Source: an uncultured Candidatus Saccharibacteria bacterium
Lineage (GTDB): Bacteria; Patescibacteriota; Minisyncoccia; Phycocordibacterales; UBA12445
Reading direction: 5' to 3'
Assembly (NCBI GenBank): GCA_964649715.1
Contig: CAZYTH010000003.1
Span: forward strand, 4,713 to 68,712
DNA length: 64,000 nucleotides
This document shows, one piece after another, positions 56,632 to 64,000 of the stretch. The notes under the pieces were generated by a model, which saw only the letters and a list, made by a program, of their open reading frames with translations, was not told the DNA's origin and ran no database searches. Position 1 is the first letter of the stretch. Each line of letters opens with the position of its first letter. The position numbers and the translations under genes are program-made.

Positions 56632-58686
56632 TTAAATTTTAAATTTTTGAAGCTCTTTAATCTCATCTCTCAAAATGGCGGCGGTCTCAAAATCAAGTAT
56701 TTTTACCGCTTCGTTCATTTGTCTTTCTTTTTCTTTTATTAGAGCCCTTGGATCTTTTTGGAGCAACACGCTATCTATTTCGAGAAGCCTCCCAACGGCT
56801 TTATTGTGCTTCATCTCGAGAGTATCAGTAATATCACTGATATTTTTCTTTATAGTCTTTGGTGTAATACCATTCTTTTTATTATATTCAAGCTGTCTCT
56901 TCCTTCTTCTGTTGGTCTCATCTATGGCTCTCTTCATGGAGCCGGTCATATTATCTGCATAAAGTATCACACGGCCATTCACGTTTCTTGCCGCTCTTCC
57001 TATTGTTTGAATAAGAGCAGTCTCTGAACGCAAAAATCCCTCCTTATCCGCATCCAAAATTCCAATGAGCGATACCTCGGGCAGATCGAGTCCTTCGCGA
57101 AGCAAGTTTACCCCGACAAGACAATCAAATTTACCTTTCCTAAATTCAGTTAAAATCTTTATCCTTTCTATCGTCTTTATGTCGCTATGCAAATATTCAG
57201 CTTTGATTTTTTTACCCTTTAGATAATCAGAAAATTCCTCCGCCATTTTCTTTGTAAGAGTAGTTACGAGGACGCGGTCGCCTTTTGCAATGGTTCTTTT
57301 AGTCTCTTCAATCAAATCTTTGACTTGACCGGGATACGAACACGGATTCCCGTCTGCACGAGAATGACAAACAGAAGGCATTATCGGCTTCACAAAAAGC
57401 TCAGGATCTATCAAGCCGGTTGGTCTAATTATCTGTTCCACTATCTGAGCAGATTTTTCTTTTTCATACTCATCAGGAGTTGCCGAGGTATAAATTATCT
57501 GACCGACCCTTTCGCTAAATTCATTGAATCTAAGAGGTCTATTATCAAGAGCGGACGGCAGTCTAAAACCAAACTCAATAAGTGTTTTTTTTCTTGATTG
57601 ATCACCGGCGTACATCCCTCTTATCTGAGGCACGGTAACATGTGACTCATCTATTATTGTAAGAAAATCAGGTTTTCCTTTTTCATCTTTAGGAAAATAA
57701 GAGAGCAAAGTATCTGGAGCCTCCCCGGCTTTCCTACCAGATAGATGTCTTGAGTAGTTTTCTACGCCGTTGCAGTATCCAACCTCATTTATCATCGCAA
57801 TGTCATAGTTGGTTCTTCTTTTTAGTCTTTCTGCTTCAAGTATTTTCTTTTCCTTTTTAAGCTGTCTTAATCTTTCGGCTAATTCTATCCCAATATCCTT
57901 AATAGCTCTCTCTCTTTCTTCTTGCGGAATTAAAAAGTGTTTTGCGGGAAATATGAAAACAGAACCCTCTTCTCCGATTATTTTTCTTGATATAGGATCT
58001 ATTAAGTGTATCTTTTCTATTTTTTGTGTCGAACCACCAGAAAGTTGAATACTCCAAATATTCTTCTCTGAAGATGGCATTATTTCAACAGTATTTCCTA
58101 TCGCACGAAATGTACCCGGAGACAGATCCGCTGTTGTTCTTTCAAAGTGAATAAAAACTAATTTCTTCAACAAAGAAATCCTCTCTACAACATCCCCCTT
58201 ATTGATCATTAAATTTTCCTCTTTGTATTCCCTTGGGTTTCCCAGGCCGTAAATACAAGACACAGAAGCAACAATTATCACATCCTTTCTCGAAAGAAGT
58301 GCTTGTGTTGAGGCGTGTCTTAATCTTTCTATCTCCTCATTAATTTTAGCGTCTTTTTCTATATAGGTATCAGTTATTGGCATATAAGCCTCCGGCTGGT
58401 AATAATCATAATAAGAAACAAAATAATGAACAGCATTATTTGGGAAAAATTGCCTGTATTCTTCTGCGAGCTGAGCAGCTAGGGTTTTATTGTGGGCAAT
58501 CACGAGTACTGGCTTATTAAATTTCTGAATTACATTTGCAATCGTAAACGTCTTACCCGATCCCGTAACCCCAAAAAGTGTCTGATGAGAAGAACCTTCT
58601 TTTAGTCCCTTAAGTAAACTTGAAATAGCTTCGGGTTGGTCTCCTGAAGGTTTAAATGGGCTATTAATTTTAAAGTTGTATTTCAT
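56632..58686 (-). CDS. uvrB: excinuclease ABC subunit UvrB
   Basis: GVTGSGKT, YFVSYYDYYQPEAY, DESH, NLLREGLDLPEV, UVR domain. Confidence 0.97.
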   Translation of the reverse strand: MKYNFKINSPFKPSGDQPEAISSLLKGLKEGSSHQTLFGVTGSGKTFTIANVIQKFNKPVLVIAHNKTLAAQLAEEYRQFFPNNAVHYFVSYYDYYQPEAYMPITDTYIEKDAKINEEIERLRHASTQALLSRKDVIIVASVSCIYGLGNPREYKEENLMINKGDVVERISLLKKLVFIHFERTTADLSPGTFRAIGNTVEIMPSSEKNIWSIQLSGGSTQKIEKIHLIDPISRKIIGEEGSVFIFPAKHFLIPQEERERAIKDIGIELAERLRQLKKEKKILEAERLKRRTNYDIAMINEVGYCNGVENYSRHLSGRKAGEAPDTLLSYFPKDEKGKPDFLTIIDESHVTVPQIRGMYAGDQSRKKTLIEFGFRLPSALDNRPLRFNEFSERVGQIIYTSATPDEYEKEKSAQIVEQIIRPTGLIDPELFVKPIMPSVCHSRADGNPCSYPGQVKDLIEETKRTIAKGDRVLVTTLTKKMAEEFSDYLKGKKIKAEYLHSDIKTIERIKILTEFRKGKFDCLVGVNLLREGLDLPEVSLIGILDADKEGFLRSETALIQTIGRAARNVNGRVILYADNMTGSMKRAIDETNRRRKRQLEYNKKNGITPKTIKKNISDITDTLEMKHNKAVGRLLEIDSVLLQKDPRALIKEKERQMNEAVKILDFETAAILRDEIKELQKFKI
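57344..57368 (-). repeat. palindromic element inserted in frame in uvrB
   Basis: Minus strand GTCATTCTCGTGCAGACGGGAATCC, same family as 6902-6928; encodes CHSRADGNP. Confidence 0.8.
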
Positions 58687-58796
58687 AATATTATTCCATA
58701 TTTTATACAACTTATCTTAATCTTTGTAAACAAAGAAGAAAAACCCTAGAACGTTTTTCTATCTCAAATAAGGCTAGCAATAAAATAATTTTAATT

Positions 58797-58931
58797 TTAT
58801 TCAGCAGAAGCGGTCTCGCTTATTTTTTCGTCTTCAACCAAAACCATAGGTGTATCAACTCTATTTATCGCAAGAAAAATACCCCCAAATAAAAACAAAA
58901 GGATAAAAGCCCACAAAAGTTTAATATTCAT
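58797..58931 (-). CDS. small membrane protein (44 aa)
   Basis: MNIKLLWAFILLFLFGGIFLAINRVDTPMVLVEDEKISETASAE. Confidence 0.5.
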   Translation of the reverse strand: MNIKLLWAFILLFLFGGIFLAINRVDTPMVLVEDEKISETASAE

Positions 58932-58984
58932 AAATATTTACTATAATCTTAATAATAAACCTACAGTGAATAAAAAACAAATAA

Positions 58985-59440
58985 TTATAAACCAGGGCAA
59001 TTAACAGCTTTTTGATATCCGGCGGACTCTGCCTCCTCGCGAGTTGAAAAACTTATTAAATTCGCCGATAATATTCTTCTTGCACCAATACAGTCCGACA
59101 AATAATATTTTGTGCCATTTCTTGATGCCACAAATATTTCTTTTTTATTATCGACTGCGGTCAAAACACCTTCCTCTCCGTCCCCAGAAAAACCATTTGA
59201 TTCGGGTTTCGTTGTATCTTTGATGGTAATTGGTGTTTTTCTCTCTGTTATCACCGAAAGCCTACCTATCCCGATTCCCAAAAAAATAGAAAAAAATATC
59301 AGTAAGATCAAAAAAAATTCTTCTAGAAACGAATGCTTCTTTTTTAAAAATTCCCTGATAAAAAAGATGGTCTTGTTGCCAATGTGCCGAAAATATGCCA
59401 TGAGGTTGCTTTTTTCTTTGAAATGCTTTAGTATTTCCAT
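58985..59440 (-). CDS. membrane protein with C-terminal Ada metal-binding-like domain
   Basis: TM followed by FVASRNGTKYY..C....I...N.I.F....EAE.AGY....C. Confidence 0.75.
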   Translation of the reverse strand: MEILKHFKEKSNLMAYFRHIGNKTIFFIREFLKKKHSFLEEFFLILLIFFSIFLGIGIGRLSVITERKTPITIKDTTKPESNGFSGDGEEGVLTAVDNKKEIFVASRNGTKYYLSDCIGARRILSANLISFSTREEAESAGYQKAVNCPGL

Positions 59441-59545
59441 ATCACAAAAGATTAATATATTTTTTATTAAAAGCAAAATCTATAAACTGATTTTCCAGTA
59501 TTATCGTGGACTTTCTGTCTTTATAGATTTTATGAAATAAACATT

Positions 59546-59818
59546 ATGGCACATACAAAAGCTGGCGGTAGCGCAAAAAACCTTACCGACTCAAAACCAA
59601 AATATCTCGGGACAAAACTTTACGCCGGAGAAAAAGCTAAAGTGGGATCTATTATAATCAGACAAAGAGGCTCTGTTATTATGTCTGGGGAAAATACAAA
59701 AATGGGAAAAGATCACACAATATTTGCGATAAAAGAGGGAATCGTATTTTTTAATACCAAAAGAAAGAAGAGCTTTGACGGAAAAACTCATATAAAAAAA
59801 GTTGTGAATGTAAAATAG
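59546..59818 (+). CDS. rpmA: 50S ribosomal protein L27
   Basis: MAHTKAGGS, IIIRQRG and GKDHTIFA motifs. Confidence 0.97.
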   Translation: MAHTKAGGSAKNLTDSKPKYLGTKLYAGEKAKVGSIIIRQRGSVIMSGENTKMGKDHTIFAIKEGIVFFNTKRKKSFDGKTHIKKVVNVK

Positions 59819-59875
59819 TCAAAACAAACCATGATTTTAAAAAGCTACCTAAGTTAGGTAGCTTTTTGTTATTAT

Positions 59876-60349
59876 TCATTTCACTTTATAAGGACAATTA
59901 ATTCTTGAATCTAAACGATCATTTTCGATTTGAGAAATAATAATACCAAACATTTTCTGACGATCTTTCCTTTTTGGCATCTCAATCAATTTTCTCAGAA
60001 TACTTTTTTCACCCGCTCGTGTTATGGCGTTGGGATAATTATATCGTTGTTGTGTCGGATATCTTCCATTAAAAAAAGTCACAGAAACACTGACCACAAG
60101 AAATTCAGAATTTATTGTATCGTCATCCTTCAAATAATAAGCAACATTCTTTTCATGGCGATTCGCTCCGTCAGATATGCAAAATTCATCGGAAACGTAA
60201 TAATATATATTATATTTTTCACCGTCGAGCACAACTTCAACCTTCCGATACTCAAAAGACTGAGGTGTTCCTAAAAAGTAAAAGATTAAATAACATATCA
60301 AATAGAGAACAAAAAAAAGGAAAAAAGCCAAAATAATTTGCATCTGCAA
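59876..60349 (-). CDS. hypothetical membrane-anchored protein
   Basis: 157-aa ORF with N-terminal TM. Confidence 0.6.
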   Translation of the reverse strand: MQMQIILAFFLFFVLYLICYLIFYFLGTPQSFEYRKVEVVLDGEKYNIYYYVSDEFCISDGANRHEKNVAYYLKDDDTINSEFLVVSVSVTFFNGRYPTQQRYNYPNAITRAGEKSILRKLIEMPKRKDRQKMFGIIISQIENDRLDSRINCPYKVK

Positions 60350-60474
60350 CCGCCTTTCTTTTTAATTATCGAATTGATTTTATTTTAAAAAAACAAGTCT
60401 TCAAGTAAAATACCACAATATCATAGAAAACAAAAATGCCCCTTTGATTTACAAAGGGGCATTGATTTTGTTTT

Positions 60475-60915
60475 CTATTCTTTCGCCGCATTTATCTTCA
60501 ATTTTACCTTATGGTTTTTGTTGCCAATTTTTATCAGAAAATCATGATCACCTTCTGTTTTTATTGGATTCTCTATATCTATTTCCTTGGGACCAATCAC
60601 AATTCCCAAATCAACCAAAGATGAGATAATGTCTTCTTTTTTTATGGCAGCAAACAATCCACCATCTTTATTCCCCTTGGCAACTATACACAAATCGTTG
60701 ATACCTTTTATCTTTTCTAGCAACAGTGTCTCTTTATTTTTCTGGTCTTCATCCGCCTTCTTCTTCATCGCGTCTATTTTTTTAATAATTTTTTCATCAG
60801 CAATCTCAGCCAATTTATTTTTCAAAAGATAATTCCTAGCATAACCATCCGAGACATCTTTTACCTCAAACCTTTTTCCAATCTTGGGAACATCATTTAA
60901 AAGTATGACTTTCAT
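60475..60915 (-). CDS. rplI: 50S ribosomal protein L9
   Basis: MKVILLNDV..GKR...VSDGYARNYL and PIKTEG motifs. Confidence 0.96.
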   Translation of the reverse strand: MKVILLNDVPKIGKRFEVKDVSDGYARNYLLKNKLAEIADEKIIKKIDAMKKKADEDQKNKETLLLEKIKGINDLCIVAKGNKDGGLFAAIKKEDIISSLVDLGIVIGPKEIDIENPIKTEGDHDFLIKIGNKNHKVKLKINAAKE

Positions 60916-61049
60916 TAATATTACTTAACTAATTATTATTAAATCTAATTAAAAGTAATATAGTTTAATTAATTAAAAATGTAAATATCAAAAATCAAAA
61001 TTACAATTTAAAATTTAAAATTATCTGGTCAACTTTGCGTACGAAACAG

Positions 61050-62390
61050 TTACTTTCCTTTCAATAAATATTCCACCGCCCTATTTAACTGAGGGTCAAT
61101 TCCAGCAGAAAAATCTTCTTTCGTAAAAGGAACAACAATGTCGGGAGTTAAACCAAAATCAGAAATAGAATGCCCATTTGGAGTCAACCACTTAGCAACT
61201 GTTATCTTCAAAAAAGTATTATCTGTTACAGGAATCAACTCCTGAACCGAACCTTTTCCAAAGGTTTTTTCACCCACCAATTTCGCAATATCATGTTCCC
61301 TTAAAGCCCCAGCCAATATTTCGGAAGCGGAAGCAGAACCCATATCAACCAATATAACCATTCTTAAATTTTTATTAAAAATATCATAACCCTTGCTTCT
61401 GTGTACTCTATCGGGAATATTGCTGTTCTTGCCAAATGCCTCTGTTACAACAACTTTTCCTGGGGAAAGAAACCAACTGGCCATATCCACAGAAGCTTCA
61501 AGATATCCACCAGGATTACCCCTAAGATCCAAAAGTAGCTTGTCTGAGCCGGATAAAATAAATTTTTTCAAAGCCTCTCTAAAAAGATCTGCAGAAGGAG
61601 CAGAGAAATTAAAAAGTCTTATAACAAAAATACCATCATCTCGAAGACCATTACCTGAATTATTACCTCTGATGGGGTTTCCATCTTTAGCCTTACCATT
61701 ACCTAATTGAATTGTAGGAATATCTATCGTGTCTCTTGTTATCTTAAAATCAATCAAATCTTCTTCCCCCTCTCTCGCAACCTTAAAAGATATTGATGTT
61801 CCTTTCTTGCCCCTTATCAAAGATACTGCTTCTTCTGTGCTCATTCCAAAAGTACTTTTGTCTTCGATAGAGACAATCTTGTCTCCAGCTCTTACTCCAG
61901 CTCTTTTGGCGGGTGTACCTTCAAGTGGAGCCACGATGGTTATAACACTATCCTTTATTCCAAGCTCCATCCCAACCCCCTCAAAAGTTCCGCTTATTTC
62001 ACTCTGAAAACTTTTTGCTTGCTCTGGTGGCATAAAAACTGAATAGGGATCACCAAGCGAACCAACCAACCCAGATATGGCGCCCCAAACCTTATCTTGA
62101 TCTGACGGCATCCTTTTGGCCAAAGTCGATGTAGCAGAGGACGTCGCAGTGATAGCAATATCTTCATTAAAAACATCGCCATTAACATATTTTTGATTTA
62201 TAAGATTCCACGCCTTCCAAAAAGGAGCAAAATCAGTCTCAACGGGAATAATGGGTTCTTTGTTCTTTAATGTAATAGCTTTTTCTATTTCCGGACGAGA
62301 ATCATATCCGACACCCATACCCAAAAGAAAAGAAACCCCGATAACCAAGATAGAAACAAAAAAAGAATTTATTTTTTTCCAATCAAACAT
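61050..62390 (-). CDS. S41 carboxyl-terminal processing peptidase with PDZ domain
   Basis: DPYS, GVGMEL, DLRGNPGG, SASASEI and TFGKGSVQ motifs. Confidence 0.95.
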   Translation of the reverse strand: MFDWKKINSFFVSILVIGVSFLLGMGVGYDSRPEIEKAITLKNKEPIIPVETDFAPFWKAWNLINQKYVNGDVFNEDIAITATSSATSTLAKRMPSDQDKVWGAISGLVGSLGDPYSVFMPPEQAKSFQSEISGTFEGVGMELGIKDSVITIVAPLEGTPAKRAGVRAGDKIVSIEDKSTFGMSTEEAVSLIRGKKGTSISFKVAREGEEDLIDFKITRDTIDIPTIQLGNGKAKDGNPIRGNNSGNGLRDDGIFVIRLFNFSAPSADLFREALKKFILSGSDKLLLDLRGNPGGYLEASVDMASWFLSPGKVVVTEAFGKNSNIPDRVHRSKGYDIFNKNLRMVILVDMGSASASEILAGALREHDIAKLVGEKTFGKGSVQELIPVTDNTFLKITVAKWLTPNGHSISDFGLTPDIVVPFTKEDFSAGIDPQLNRAVEYLLKGK

Positions 62391-62628
62391 AAACAAAATA
62401 TAAAATTAAATTTTACTAGGATAAATAATTATGACACAAATCAACGGTTTGATACAAGCACCGATATCCAACGAGGGTATGGACTTATTTATTTTTTAGG
62501 TTATACTGTCTCCTATTATTAAATAACACTGTTCATTTCTTACTTTAAGGTCACGAAGTTGAACAGGACCCCCTTGTTCCATTAAAAGGGAATGTCCCAA
62601 ATAATAAAACGGGGAAAATGGTAAAAAA

Positions 62629-63780
62629 ATGTCAACACTTTTAGATAAAATTTCGAGTGCAAGAAATGCACACTTCATGGAGAAGGTCTTAAAAGACGCT
62701 CCTGTGGCCCTGCAAATGGGTCAGCTTGTAGAGGGAAGAGTTATTGGTCACGACAAACTAAGACTCTATATAGACATTAAACCTTTTGGAACCGCGCTTA
62801 TCTATGGAAGAGAATATTTAAACGCAAGAGACGTAATCAAAAACACAAAAGAGGGTGATTCCATTACAGCGAAAATAGTTGAGCCAGAGACAGAAGATGG
62901 TTATATTGGACTTTCGCTAAAAGAAGCAAGGCAGGCTGTTGTATGGGGGGAAGCAGAGGACGCCATAAAAAACAAAACGGCATTTGAACTTTTAGTAAAA
63001 GACGCTAATAAGGGCGGACTAATGCTAGACTGGCAAAATATTTCTGGTTTTTTGCCTGCTTCACAATTAAAAGAAGAACATTATCCAAGAATAAGCGACG
63101 GCAACAAAGACAGAATATTAGATGAGCTAAGAAAACTCGTCGGAAAGAAGATTTTTGTCAATATAATCGGTGCTACTCCGAAAGAAGATAAACTAATTTT
63201 CTCAGAAAAAAATGTCGATCAAAAAGATCGAACTGAGCTTGTGGAAAAATACAAAGTCGGAGATGTCCTAGACGGAGAAGTCACTGGTGTCGTTGATTTT
63301 GGAATTTTTGTTAAAGTTGAAAGTGGACTAGAGGGACTAGTACATATTTCAGAACTGGACTGGTCTCTAGTAGAAAATCCAAGAAAATTATTCAGTGTCG
63401 GAGATAAAGTTAAGGTTCAAGCGATAGAAATAAAAGATGGGAAAATATCACTCTCTATAAAATCCTTAAAAGAAAACCCATGGAAAAATGCTGAGTCGAA
63501 ATACAAAAAAGGGATGAAGGTTTCAGGGCTTCCAATAAAATACAATAAACACGGCGTACTTGTAAGCATTGAAGAAGGCGTTGCTGGTCTTGTCCATATC
63601 TCAAATTTTGGTACAGAAGATGTTATGAAGCAAAAACTCGAGCTTGGTAAAAGCTACGACTTTACAATAAACTTATTTGAACCAAAAGACCAAAGAATGA
63701 CGCTCGTTCTTGCTGGACAAGAAACAAAAGAAGAAAAATCGGGAGAGAAAAAAGAAGAAACAAAAAAGAAAGAGGAATAG
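62629..63780 (+). CDS. rpsA: 30S ribosomal protein S1 (four S1 domains)
   Basis: NKGGL, GFLPASQL and DFGIFV..GLVHISEL motifs. Confidence 0.9.
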   Translation: MSTLLDKISSARNAHFMEKVLKDAPVALQMGQLVEGRVIGHDKLRLYIDIKPFGTALIYGREYLNARDVIKNTKEGDSITAKIVEPETEDGYIGLSLKEARQAVVWGEAEDAIKNKTAFELLVKDANKGGLMLDWQNISGFLPASQLKEEHYPRISDGNKDRILDELRKLVGKKIFVNIIGATPKEDKLIFSEKNVDQKDRTELVEKYKVGDVLDGEVTGVVDFGIFVKVESGLEGLVHISELDWSLVENPRKLFSVGDKVKVQAIEIKDGKISLSIKSLKENPWKNAESKYKKGMKVSGLPIKYNKHGVLVSIEEGVAGLVHISNFGTEDVMKQKLELGKSYDFTINLFEPKDQRMTLVLAGQETKEEKSGEKKEETKKKEE

Positions 63781-63900
63781 AGCGAGGTTTCAGTAAAAAG
63801 GAATATTTAATTTTAATATTCCAAATTCTATCCCAATACTCAACCAAAAACAACAAAACCCCACTTTTTTGGGGTTTTGTTGTTTTTGATAAAAATTTTT

Positions 63901-64000
63901 TTAATTATAGAGGCTCATAGCCTTCTCTCTACCCTCTTTTATCATCACCGTTGTAGCTGTGGCCAGTCTCTTGCTTATTTTTTTTAAATCCTCCATTTCT
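63901..64000 (-). CDS. pth: 3' end of peptidyl-tRNA hydrolase (partial)
   Basis: ...EMEDLKKISKRLATATTVMIKEGREKAMSLYN* resembles the Pth C-terminal helix. Confidence 0.6.
   Translation of the reverse strand, partial: EMEDLKKISKRLATATTVMIKEGREKAMSLYN

Noticed and set aside
62530-62615. Possible structured rpsA leader
   Set aside because: Only short, weak helices are visible, which is not enough to support without homologue comparison.

Overview
AT-rich bacterial chromosome segment using genetic code 11 (TAA, TAG and TGA all end genes). The gene set and architecture suggest Patescibacteria/CPR, probably Parcubacteria (inference): short SMC, degenerate PriA, NusB-NUDIX fusion, many small orphan genes. 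Backbone genes: serS, dprA, topA, rel, parB, sod, maf, gap, mltG, rnc, nusB, rpmF, khpA, rpsP, mnmA, priA, def, fmt, cyclophilin, rnr, smc, uvrA, uvrB, rpmA, rplI, S41 peptidase, rpsA and the end of pth. The main accessory feature is a ~13.5 kb element (25407-38881) integrated at the 3' end of tRNA-Ala(GGC) and bounded by GTCCA cores. Its large serine recombinase is split by its own att site, so excision would swap the C-terminus. The element carries an apparently unannotated ~650-nt, densely base-paired, pseudoknotted plus-strand ncRNA candidate (28438-29090). It also carries a YjzC-like gene, a disabled RNase H, a DEDDy exonuclease, Smr, SppA, a Cys-repeat trypsin-like protease and an ArdC/SymE/annealase-like operon. 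Other oddities: a GIY-YIG gene embedded among tRNA-Leu fragments, a degenerate tRNA-like gene, a hinge-less SMC with a central CxxC, a perfect 56-bp palindrome, and palindromic or heptamer repeats inside uvrB and mnmA. All calls come from reading the sequence by eye; no database searches were run.
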